From Clostridia bacterium (GTDB lineage: Bacteria; Bacillota; Clostridia; Oscillospirales; Acutalibacteraceae): a DNA stretch of 64,000 nucleotides. The DNA lies in contig JAFQFY010000075.1 of assembly GCA_017398485.1 (NCBI GenBank), forward strand, positions 8,768-72,767, read 5' to 3'. Below, piece by piece: positions 18,437 through 26,314 of this stretch (positions within the stretch are counted from its first letter, which is position 1; each line of letters begins with the position of its first letter). The notes below the pieces were generated by a model, which searched no databases, was not told where the DNA came from, and saw only the letters and a program-made list of their open reading frames with translations. A program made the translations under genes and the position numbers.

Positions 18437-20087
18437 ATTCACAAAAGCGTCCGTCCTCGATGCGGATCACACGGTCGCATACGCCGAGCGCCGCCGGGCG
18501 GTGAGAAATACAGATGCAGGTCTTGTCCGTCAGCGCGCGCAGGTTGCGCAGCACCGTTTCCTCGGTCGCCTCGTCGAGTGACGCGGTCACCTCGTCGAGC
18601 AGCAATATCGGTGCGTCACACAGCACCGCGCGCGCGATCGCGAGGCGTTGCAGTTGCCCCTCGGACAATCCCGAACCGCGCTCGCCGAGCGGCGTGTCAA
18701 GCCCATTCGGCAGGCTCGCGATGACATCGTCGATCGCCGCGACCTTGGCCGCGGCCATGATCTGCTCATCGGTCACGTCAGGGCAACAGAACGCGATGTT
18801 CTCGCGTATCGTACCCGATAGAAGAATGCTCTGTTGCGGCACGTAGGCGAACAGCCCACGCGTGTCGGCGCCGAGCGCATATCGGCCGTCGTCGGTGGCG
18901 ACCTCCAGCGTGCCGCTCTGCGGTGCATAAAACCCAAGCATAAGCTTAAACAGCGTCGTTTTGCCGATACCCGAAAAGCCGCTGAGCGCGACAAACTCGC
19001 CGCGACGAACGGTCAGCGACGCATCGGTGAGGATCGGGTGCTCCGGCTCATAGGCAAAGGTCACCCCGTTGATCGCCAGCGCCTGCGGCGTCACGCTCTT
19101 GCAATCAAGAGCCTGCTGTGCGCGCGGCTCGTCCGGCAGGTCCTCCAACTCAATGAGCCGCTCTGCCGACGCGATCATGTGATAGTATTGCGGCAACACA
19201 TGGGACATCTGCATAAACGGCATACGGATCTGGCTGACGATCTGCAAAAACGCGGTCAACGTGCCGTAAGAGATCGCACCGGCCGCCAGACGTAATGCAC
19301 CCCAAGCGAGCGCCGCGTAGTAACTGCCCGAAAACAGAATGTGGATCGAAGCGTTGGAAAAGCTGCTCCACCGATTGCGCGCGATCGAACGGTCAAAATG
19401 TACCTTCAAACGATCCCATAGCCGACCGCGCACGTGTTCACTGCCCTCGAACGACTGGATCATCATCCAGTTTTCCAGGCTCTCCTGCGTATACGAGCGC
19501 GCTTTTCCGTCGCTTTCCTGCGTCTGCTTATGTAAGACCTTCACCCGTTTACCGAACAGGCGGCTTACCGCCACGAGCACAACGCCGAGCGCGAGCATCA
19601 CCGCCGTGAAGCGTGCATCCAGCATCAACAGCACCGCAAGGCACGCGACAAGGCGCGTCGTGAGCGACACGATGCGTGGGATAAGCGACACCACTCCGTT
19701 GGCGACAAAGTGGCTATCAGAATTGAGACGGTTGAGCAGCTCGCCCGAATGGAAACGGCTGACGTCCTGCCACTTCTTTTTGAACAACGTAGCAAACACG
19801 GTGTCCTTGATGCGCATCTCCATGCGCCCGAGGATGCGCGCGGTGAACTGACTGTTGAACACATCCATCGCCACCTGAAACAACAGCACGATAAACAGCC
19901 CTGCAATATTCCACCAGAGGTTCCCCTGCTGGTCACCGAGGGCAATGTCGATCACGCGCTGGGTCAGCACCGCAAACACCACCGTCGTCAACGAGGTGAT
20001 GCCCGTCGTCACCGACAGCAGCACAATGCGCGCCATATCCGCACGCGAAACGCGCCATATCCAGTTTTTTGCCGAGGATTTTTTCAT
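18435..20087 (-). CDS. ABC exporter, fused permease/ATPase half-transporter (no C39 peptidase domain)
   Basis: Six-helix TMD followed by an NBD. Walker A 'GFSGIGKTT', signature 'LSEGQLQRLAIARA', Walker B 'ILLLDEVT'. Start is coupled to the upstream stop (TGATATG). Confidence 0.9.
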   Translation of the reverse strand: MKKSSAKNWIWRVSRADMARIVLLSVTTGITSLTTVVFAVLTQRVIDIALGDQQGNLWWNIAGLFIVLLFQVAMDVFNSQFTARILGRMEMRIKDTVFATLFKKKWQDVSRFHSGELLNRLNSDSHFVANGVVSLIPRIVSLTTRLVACLAVLLMLDARFTAVMLALGVVLVAVSRLFGKRVKVLHKQTQESDGKARSYTQESLENWMMIQSFEGSEHVRGRLWDRLKVHFDRSIARNRWSSFSNASIHILFSGSYYAALAWGALRLAAGAISYGTLTAFLQIVSQIRMPFMQMSHVLPQYYHMIASAERLIELEDLPDEPRAQQALDCKSVTPQALAINGVTFAYEPEHPILTDASLTVRRGEFVALSGFSGIGKTTLFKLMLGFYAPQSGTLEVATDDGRYALGADTRGLFAYVPQQSILLSGTIRENIAFCCPDVTDEQIMAAAKVAAIDDVIASLPNGLDTPLGERGSGLSEGQLQRLAIARAVLCDAPILLLDEVTASLDEATEETVLRNLRALTDKTCICISHRPAALGVCDRVIRIEDGRFCE

Positions 20088-20088
20088 A

Positions 20089-20658
20089 TCAGTTCCCCTT
20101 AAACAATCGGATACATTTATTTTTCACGCGGCGCGGCAGATGGTAAAACCAAACAAGCGGTGCACGAAGCGGCAACAGCCTGTGCCAACGCAGACAGCGG
20201 CGGCGATAGGCGGTGCTGTGACAATCAATGCATTTACCGTCGCGGATAAACGCCGCGGCAACCGCCAGAATCTGTTCGGGACGCACGTTCGGCTCGCGCT
20301 CGGTCTGCGCGTCACCGAGCATGGTGTAGGTCAGCCCACTGCTCGAATGCATCGACGGCAACGTTTGCTTTTCGCCGTAGAAACGGCGCTTTTTGCCGTC
20401 ATCGCGCTCGACGATGCGGTGCAGCACGATCTGTCCGTTGTCGCGGCGATACAGCGGCACGTCGCCCGTGCGCAACACCGTCGGATCCGACGGTTTGACC
20501 AACACCACCTGATCGCGCTCATGCCGCAAAAACGGGCTCATACTGTAACCGGTGACGGTCAGCCGAACCTCCTGCCCCATATCAAGGCATTCCAGCATCA
20601 GCGGTGTCAGCTGTGCCTGGGATACCCGGGTCATTTGCGAAGCGTTTTCGCTTTTCAT
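20089..20658 (-). CDS. S24/S26-family (Sec11/SipW-like) serine peptidase without a membrane anchor
   Basis: Boxes 'VTGYSMSPFL', 'GDVPLY' and 'IVLHRIVER'. No N-terminal hydrophobic helix. Cys/Arg-rich C-terminal tail. ATGA overlap with the upstream gene. Confidence 0.7.
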   Translation of the reverse strand: MKSENASQMTRVSQAQLTPLMLECLDMGQEVRLTVTGYSMSPFLRHERDQVVLVKPSDPTVLRTGDVPLYRRDNGQIVLHRIVERDDGKKRRFYGEKQTLPSMHSSSGLTYTMLGDAQTEREPNVRPEQILAVAAAFIRDGKCIDCHSTAYRRRCLRWHRLLPLRAPLVWFYHLPRRVKNKCIRLFKGN

Positions 20659-20918
20659 GCGAGCAAAGCCGCCTCGCGCAAGCTGTCAATAAAGCGAGCC
20701 ACGTCTGCACGCGCGGCGTCCTCGGTGACGTCGTATTCCTCCAACAGCGCCGCCGTCAACGCCTCCTCGGTGATCTCCTTCTGTAGCTTTTGCCACAAGA
20801 ATGCGCCGGTGTCGTTGAGCGTAAGCATGCAGTTAAAATCCACCGTCTGCGCGCCGATGGGTACGACGATGTGGTGACCGCCGATCCGGCGCAGAACAAA
20901 TCCGTCTTTGAGTTTCAT
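20655..20918 (-). CDS. PqqD-family peptide-binding protein (RiPP recognition element-like)
   Basis: 87 aa: 'MKLKDGFVLRRIGGHHIVVPIG...MLTLNDTGAFLWQKL...EEYDVTEDAARADVARFIDSLREAALL'. AGGAGGG RBS. Only the last 87 codons of ORF-track entry 20655-21455 are used. Confidence 0.8.
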   Translation of the reverse strand: MKLKDGFVLRRIGGHHIVVPIGAQTVDFNCMLTLNDTGAFLWQKLQKEITEEALTAALLEEYDVTEDAARADVARFIDSLREAALLA

Positions 20919-20919
20919 A

Positions 20920-21813
20920 TCAGTGTCCCTCCTGAGAGAATATCGCGTTATACGCGGTTTCCACCGCCTCACGGCTGATGTTGCAGGCAAGTCCGTAGAT
21001 CGGCACGCTCGCCAGCAGACGCTCGGTAAAATCCAACACCCGAACGCCGAGCGATTCGTCGTAATACGGTCGCGCAATCTGGGTGGTAAGGTTGAGCATG
21101 CTGTCCACCGTGTCCAAGCGGCGTACGGCGTTCTCGGTGCCGCGCTCGATGAACACGATCGCGCGCAACGGCACGGCAAGGTTGCGGTTGAGCGCGGTCT
21201 TTCCGCTCCACGGCGTGCCGCAGATCCTCGCCTGCTCGCCGTCAAAATAGATGGCAGGCTTATCGTCGTTGACGATCTCGACCGCATCACCGAAATATTC
21301 CTTCCACAAACCCGTGTGGGTGGATTTGCCCGTGCCGGAATGGGCGGAGAAGGCAACGCCTTTTCCTTTGTACGCCAGGCACGAGCTGTGCAACACGCCG
21401 CCGCCGAGATACGACAGGCGGTTCTGGAACGAGATGCCGGTGTACATATATTCAAAGTCAGTCAGCGTAAAGGTCGGATGATGCCGACCCGAGAACAATT
21501 CGATATCCACGCGCGCATAGTCGGGGGTGAAATAGATGGCAAACAGCACAGGGCCGTTCTCCCCCGACGGAGTGACGCCGTGCGCATAACGGCAGAAGCG
21601 ACCGTCCGCCAGACGCACCACAGTTATGTTCTTAATGCGCTCGACAAGCTCGCCCTCAGGCACGCGCACCTCACCGACGCGGCGGGTACGCATGACCATG
21701 ACCGGCTCACGCGCGTCATCGCGCACATAGTCGGCAAAGCGCTTGGCAAAAAACGCCTTATCCGCGCTCTCCACGCGAATCGGCAGACCGGCAACGCACA
21801 GATCCATTGACAT
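20920..21813 (-). CDS. HPr-kinase-like P-loop protein (HprK C-terminal-domain family)
   Basis: 'HSSCLAYKGKGVAFSAHSGTGKSTH' parallels the HprK block 'HGVLVDVYGVGVLITGxSGVGKSE'. GGGAGGG RBS. First gene behind the promoter at 21845-21873. Confidence 0.7.
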   Translation of the reverse strand: MSMDLCVAGLPIRVESADKAFFAKRFADYVRDDAREPVMVMRTRRVGEVRVPEGELVERIKNITVVRLADGRFCRYAHGVTPSGENGPVLFAIYFTPDYARVDIELFSGRHHPTFTLTDFEYMYTGISFQNRLSYLGGGVLHSSCLAYKGKGVAFSAHSGTGKSTHTGLWKEYFGDAVEIVNDDKPAIYFDGEQARICGTPWSGKTALNRNLAVPLRAIVFIERGTENAVRRLDTVDSMLNLTTQIARPYYDESLGVRVLDFTERLLASVPIYGLACNISREAVETAYNAIFSQEGH

Positions 21814-21844
21814 ACCCTCCCATCATAAAAGTACATATATATTA

Positions 21845-21873
21845 ATTCTATCAAGATTCTTTAAACAAGTCAA
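21845..21873 (-). promoter_or_regulatory. sigma-A-type promoter TTGACT-17-TAGAAT for the HprK-like/PqqD/peptidase/ABC operon
   Basis: -35 is complementary to 21868-21873 and -10 to 21845-21850, with an exact 17-nt spacer, about 30 nt upstream of the first start codon. Confidence 0.6.
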
Positions 21874-21875
21874 CT

Positions 21876-21914
21876 AAAAATAAACGGGCGACCGACAAAA
21901 GTCGGTCGCCCGTT
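21876..21914 (-). terminator. rho-independent terminator ending the phage-like head/holin operon
   Basis: Hairpin AACGGGCGACCGAC-tttt-GTCGGTCGCCCGTT followed on the minus strand by TATTTTT. Confidence 0.8.
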
Positions 21915-21922
21915 CAATCCGA

Positions 21923-22219
21923 TCAGCTCTTCTTTGCCGTCGTTATGCGGCTGACGAAATCCGCCAGATAGTTGGAGCCTCTGGCAATCAGGACACCGGT
22001 CAGCACGCGACCGCCGATGTCCCCCAGCTCAATGCCCAGCACGCCGAACAGGTCCGCGCCCGACATTAAGCACAGCAGCACCGACACCACTGCCGCGAGC
22101 AGCTGTACGATCAGTGTCTTCCAACCGCCCTGCGTCAGCGCGCCGAGCAGAGACTTGGCGTATTCCACCAACGCTTCCACTGTCACCGCCAGCATGGCGG
22201 TCAATGCGATTTGTGTCAT
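21923..22219 (-). CDS. putative phage holin
   Basis: 98 aa with 2-3 hydrophobic helices and a charged C-terminus ('RITTAKKS'). An 'RGSNYLADF' box resembles phi-LC3-type holins (from memory). AGGAGA RBS lies 5 nt before ATG 22219. Last gene of the operon. Confidence 0.6.
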   Translation of the reverse strand: MTQIALTAMLAVTVEALVEYAKSLLGALTQGGWKTLIVQLLAAVVSVLLCLMSGADLFGVLGIELGDIGGRVLTGVLIARGSNYLADFVSRITTAKKS

Positions 22220-22233
22220 TGCGTTCTCCTTTC

Positions 22234-22524
22234 TCACTCCGTATGTTCCAATGCGTTGAGTCGATGGTGCGCGTTCTTCACCGACTCCTCCAGCCGTGTG
22301 ACACGATCCTTCACGTCTCCGAGCTGTACGCGGATATCCGCCATGAGCACGTCGCTTTTATCCACCTGTCCTCGAATGTGCTTAATGTCCGAGCGCATCT
22401 CGGTCAGTTCCCCTGCTTTTCGCTCGTTTTTGTCACGCAACGAACGCAGATTGACGATCAACGCGACGATCACGCCCAACGCCGACACAATCGACAGCCA
22501 ATCGGTCAGGCTCGGCGCCGTCAT
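22234..22524 (-). CDS. phage-cassette membrane-anchored coiled-coil protein, unknown function
   Basis: N-terminal TM helix 'LSIVSALGVIVALIVNL' followed by a heptad-rich helix. ATGA overlap with the upstream small ORF. Confidence 0.6.
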   Translation of the reverse strand: MTAPSLTDWLSIVSALGVIVALIVNLRSLRDKNERKAGELTEMRSDIKHIRGQVDKSDVLMADIRVQLGDVKDRVTRLEESVKNAHHRLNALEHTE

Positions 22525-22667
22525 TCACTCTCTCCGTCGGATTTTTGTCCGTCGGCCTCCGTGGTCTTTGCGCGGCGTTGCCGCATATACGCGGCAAGGT
22601 CGCGTTGCAACACCAAACGGTCGAGTGCTTCACGATCGTAAGCCTTTACACCTCTCGGTTTTTCCAT
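22521..22667 (-). CDS. 48-aa phage-cassette ORF (not in ORF track)
   Basis: My translation is MEKPRGVKAYDREALDRLVLQRDLAAYMRQRRAKTTEADGQKSDGESE. GGGAGGA RBS. Stop overlaps the next ATG. Overlaps the 3' end of the upstream gene by 22 nt. Confidence 0.4.
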   Translation of the reverse strand: MEKPRGVKAYDREALDRLVLQRDLAAYMRQRRAKTTEADGQKSDGESE

Positions 22668-23029
22668 AGCACGTCCTCCCGTTTCGCAAAACTGCCGCCT
22701 GCGTGGGATGCCGCGCGATGATACAGCGACAAAAAGCGATCATGCAACGCCTGCGCTTCGCCGTCAGCACACAGCAGCATTGCCGTGCCGTAGGCCAACG
22801 CCGGCATAAAGCGGCAGGGCAACAACAGCGGCTGCTGCAACGCGTCGAGCGGCGTGAACGCCGTACGATGCTCCCTGCTCCACAATTCGCCGTATATCTG
22901 GTTGACCATCGCCAGACCAGCATCATCCGCGTCTGCGGTGGCGGCACGCTTCTCATCCCCAAGCAAGCCGCACGCTTGTTTGAGTATCATGACTCCGGTC
23001 AAGGGTATCCCTCCTTGCGCGAAAATCAA
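22646..23029 (-). CDS. phage-cassette protein following the capsid gene (possible head-completion/connector protein)
   Basis: Function suggested by position only. The listed start is TTG overlapping the capsid stop. An AAGGAGGG RBS favours TTG at 23002 or ATG at 22990. Confidence 0.5.
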   Translation of the reverse strand: MIFAQGGIPLTGVMILKQACGLLGDEKRAATADADDAGLAMVNQIYGELWSREHRTAFTPLDALQQPLLLPCRFMPALAYGTAMLLCADGEAQALHDRFLSLYHRAASHAGGSFAKREDVLWKNREV

Positions 23030-23937
23030 TAGACGTAGGTGTACACACCGCCGGAGAGGCTGTTTTTGAGCACCACGTCATAGTACAGACGGTAGTCCAT
23101 CTTCCATGCGTCTGCCTGCAGGTTGTGCGCCGGGTCAAAGCAACGCACCTGCTCGGTCTTCTTGATGAGCGACGCGGCACGGCGCGGCATGACCAGCAGA
23201 CCGATGCTCTTGGCGCCCTCGGCGGGAACGAAGCCGCCCTCCTGCTGACCGTCGGTGACACCGTCGTTAAAGGTGTAGGCAGTCTTCATGCGGCTGTCCG
23301 GCACGGGCAGGATCGACACACCGTTGAAGGAGGTCACGTCGGTGTGCATCTCGCCGCGCTTGAAGCTGCCGACAACCAGCATGCGAGAGATCTCCGGGCT
23401 GTTCTGCAACGCCGACCACATAGCGCTGTCGACGAACGCAATGAGTTCTTCGTCGTAGCCGACCTCGTTCTGCACGTTGGCGATGGCGGTGGTGAGCATG
23501 GTCAGCGCCTCGGTGGTGGGATTGCCGCTGACCGTCTGAGAGACGCCGGCGGCATAGCCGGCGATCTTGGACAACACGTAAGCGTCCACCTCGGGCACGA
23601 CCTGCGTGCGCACAAACTCGCCCATGATCTGACCGGCGAGATCCGCCACGCCGGACTCGTCGTGGTCCTCACGGTCGAGCTGGAAGGAGCGGCCGCGGTC
23701 CATGGTCAGCGTAAAGGGCGTTGCAGATACCGATACCGTGCCGTTGACAAAGCCGGTGTCGCGGTTATAGTCGCCGAGACCCGATACGTTCATCTCGGGG
23801 ATCATGACCGTCTTGGCACCGACGAACTTGCCGCGCAGGTTGTTATCCGCAAGAAAGCCGGTAACCGGCTTTTCGGCAACCGCCTTGTCCAACTCGTCGG
23901 TCATCTTTTTGGAGATCATTTCTAAATTCAGGCTCAT
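23026..23937 (-). CDS. putative phage major capsid protein
   Basis: 303 aa, placed directly after the acidic scaffold-like gene in the terS-terL-portal-scaffold order. General resemblance to small HK97-fold capsid proteins (from memory, no motif claim). Confidence 0.65.
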   Translation of the reverse strand: MSLNLEMISKKMTDELDKAVAEKPVTGFLADNNLRGKFVGAKTVMIPEMNVSGLGDYNRDTGFVNGTVSVSATPFTLTMDRGRSFQLDREDHDESGVADLAGQIMGEFVRTQVVPEVDAYVLSKIAGYAAGVSQTVSGNPTTEALTMLTTAIANVQNEVGYDEELIAFVDSAMWSALQNSPEISRMLVVGSFKRGEMHTDVTSFNGVSILPVPDSRMKTAYTFNDGVTDGQQEGGFVPAEGAKSIGLLVMPRRAASLIKKTEQVRCFDPAHNLQADAWKMDYRLYYDVVLKNSLSGGVYTYVY

Positions 23938-23961
23938 ACTACATTTTCCTTTCTGTTACTG

Positions 23962-24417
23962 TTATTTTAACGCCGTACGAAATGCCCGAAGAAAAGCGTC
24001 CTGCTCAGGATGTGTGTCCACCGTCCCCTGCTGCAAGGAGCCGGCGGAACTGGCCGCCGCCTGCTGACGACGCTGCTGTTCGCGCTCGACGCGCTTTCGC
24101 TCCTCGTGGCAAAAACGCAAATACGCGTCAAACAGCGATATAGACTTCTCCGCCGCCATATCCAGCACCGCATCGGGCAACTGGTCCGGACGCTCAATAG
24201 ACGGGAATTCTTCGCGCAGAAGAATAAACTCCTCGGCAAGTCGGTGGGTGATGTCCGACTCATCCGCCGTCTCCTCCTCTGCAGCGTCCTCACACGGCGC
24301 AATTTCTGCTTGCGGCGGCAGTACCGTTTGTTCGTCCTGCGTCGGCAAGGGTGCCTCCTCGATCGGCATGCTCTCTTCGGGCGCGACCTCTACGGGTCGC
24401 CGTTCTTCCATTTCCAT
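23962..24417 (-). CDS. putative phage scaffolding protein
   Basis: 151 aa with a very acidic N-terminal half and a helical, Gln/Arg-rich C-terminal half. Lies between portal and capsid. Confidence 0.55.
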   Translation of the reverse strand: MEMEERRPVEVAPEESMPIEEAPLPTQDEQTVLPPQAEIAPCEDAAEEETADESDITHRLAEEFILLREEFPSIERPDQLPDAVLDMAAEKSISLFDAYLRFCHEERKRVEREQQRRQQAAASSAGSLQQGTVDTHPEQDAFLRAFRTALK

Positions 24418-24472
24418 GCTATACCTCCTAAATCATGAATTCCCCCTCCTTTCCTGTCGGATCGGTGAGAGT

Positions 24473-26104
24473 TTATTTCAGCTCCTGCAACAAGGCGTCC
24501 AGCTCGGGAACATAGCCCTGCGGCAGACGGCTGAGATACTGTTTTGCGGTGAGTACGCCGTTTTTGTAGAGATTATCCAGCGTCTCCACCGTACGCAATT
24601 CGCTGTACGGGTTGCCGGTGCCGACATCCACGCGAATATCCAGCAACAGATCACGGTATTTCTCCGCCTCAAAAGGCATATACCAAACGCCGCCGTCCCG
24701 ACGGATCTTCAAAGCGCGGTTGCCGTACATCGCCATCCAGAACTCACACCAGATGCGCGCCACATTCTCAATGAAGTGATAATAGCGGTTTTGCACCATC
24801 TGCAACGGCATCAGCGACGCCTCGCGAACCGCCAGGATCGCCGAAGCGTTATCCGGTTTGATATCGCCGAGCAGGGCACTGCTGATACCCGACTGCGAGA
24901 GAGTGTCGTTGATAAGGTTGTGCACGTTGGCATCCAACTGAGCGGTGAACGCCGGCGGATCGACATACCGTATCGCGTTCTGCACCTCTTCGCCTGCTCC
25001 GTATACCGGAATGACCTGCCCCGGATCGTTGGTGATGGGCTGCTGCACCACGTCGCCGTTGACCAGCATGATGGGCATGCCCATCATCATCACCGCCCAC
25101 ACACCTGCCGACACCGTGCGGTTGATGGCGATCTGATTTGGGATTAGATTGGGGATTTCACTCTCGCCGTAGGCGCGACAGCGCTTTTCTTCCCAACGAA
25201 ACAACGACAAGGGGTATAACTTTACACCGAGATCCCATTCGGGACGCACTACGGCGCCGCGACAAACCTGTACGGCTTTGACGCGACAAGCACTGCCGTC
25301 CTCGTTCCACTCCTTCCAGAAGCGCGTGATGACCGTCGCGTGCGCACTCATATCATCGCCGCCCTCGTCGGGACGAACGGAACGCCAATCCGCACTGCCG
25401 TAATGCTTCGCCATACGTTGCAAGCGTTCCGCCGGCTTGCGCTGTTCAATGAGAATATACGGTTGCTGTTGCAGATCCTCCAGCAACGGATCACCGACGT
25501 ACACGTGGTCGATCTCCAACACCTCACACGAAATGTCGCCGCAGATCGGCGCGGTGCGCGACACGTCGGCGTACAGACCGGTGCGTATACTATCGTCCCA
25601 ATAGGTATACAGCACACCCGTGCCGGTGATATAGGCGTTGCGAAGTGCTTGGCGACCGAGGGTATCCAGACAAAGGCGGCGCGAAGTGGTGGCAAAATAA
25701 TCCGTCAGCGCGGCGGCAATCGTCTGCGCCTGTTCATCCGCCGAGATCGGTTCGTTCATCGACCCTCCCTGTTGCAGTTGGCCGCGGATCGCGCTGACGC
25801 GCTCCTTGACCGCCGGCGTGTCAGGCAGGCCCTCTGCCGAAAACTGCACCGACACCGGTGCCGCGGCGACCACCGCCATTTTATAATCTGCGATACGGCG
25901 AATAACGTTGTGTCGCACCAGAGGGCGATTGTCCCCACAGTTGACGCCGTACCACTGATCGCCGGAATAAAAGCGCTCGTTGATGCGGTTCTGCTCAAAC
26001 ATGCCGTGCTTGCCGAGCGATTCCTTGTAGGTCACGCAACGGTGGTATTCGGAAAACACCTGTTGCGGCGTGACGCGGTTTAATCGGATGACCTTTTCAC
26101 TCAT
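24473..26104 (-). CDS. phage portal protein
   Basis: 543 aa, positioned after terL. The N-terminal 'NERFYSGDQWYG' block resembles SPP1 gp6-type portals (from memory). Confidence 0.7.
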   Translation of the reverse strand: MSEKVIRLNRVTPQQVFSEYHRCVTYKESLGKHGMFEQNRINERFYSGDQWYGVNCGDNRPLVRHNVIRRIADYKMAVVAAAPVSVQFSAEGLPDTPAVKERVSAIRGQLQQGGSMNEPISADEQAQTIAAALTDYFATTSRRLCLDTLGRQALRNAYITGTGVLYTYWDDSIRTGLYADVSRTAPICGDISCEVLEIDHVYVGDPLLEDLQQQPYILIEQRKPAERLQRMAKHYGSADWRSVRPDEGGDDMSAHATVITRFWKEWNEDGSACRVKAVQVCRGAVVRPEWDLGVKLYPLSLFRWEEKRCRAYGESEIPNLIPNQIAINRTVSAGVWAVMMMGMPIMLVNGDVVQQPITNDPGQVIPVYGAGEEVQNAIRYVDPPAFTAQLDANVHNLINDTLSQSGISSALLGDIKPDNASAILAVREASLMPLQMVQNRYYHFIENVARIWCEFWMAMYGNRALKIRRDGGVWYMPFEAEKYRDLLLDIRVDVGTGNPYSELRTVETLDNLYKNGVLTAKQYLSRLPQGYVPELDALLQELK

Positions 26105-26300
26105 ACTGTTCCTCCTTGTTTATCGGCATTTCGGTTCCGTCATAGTACAGAAAATTACGCGTGTTCTCCCAATGTTTTTCATCCTGCCGCACGGGCAGTC
26201 TGCGTCTTGGCGGTTTCGGCGGCATGCGGGTCTGCCGCCGATGCACGAACAGAAACGGCAGCATCACCGCGATGCCGCATATAAACCCAACCAATACCAT
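26097..26300 (-). CDS. small phage-cassette membrane protein
   Basis: 67 aa with N-terminal TM 'VLVGFICGIAVMLPFLFV' and a basic Pro-rich tail. GGGGGAGAG RBS before ATG 26300. Overlaps the portal start by 8 nt. Confidence 0.5.
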   Translation of the reverse strand: MVLVGFICGIAVMLPFLFVHRRQTRMPPKPPRRRLPVRQDEKHWENTRNFLYYDGTEMPINKEEQYE

Positions 26301-26314
26301 ACTCTCTCCCCCTT

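Noticed and set aside
20655-21455. 266-aa ORF-track entry
   Set aside because: Only its last 87 codons (20655-20918, PqqD-like, with its own AGGAGGG RBS) are credible. The upstream 179 codons overlap the HprK-like gene out of frame.
21624-21854. Cys-rich 76-aa ORF at the head of the HprK-like operon, considered as a possible precursor peptide
   Set aside because: It has no RBS and overlaps about 190 nt of the HprK-like CDS in another frame. Its composition is what the alternative frame of a GC-rich gene produces.
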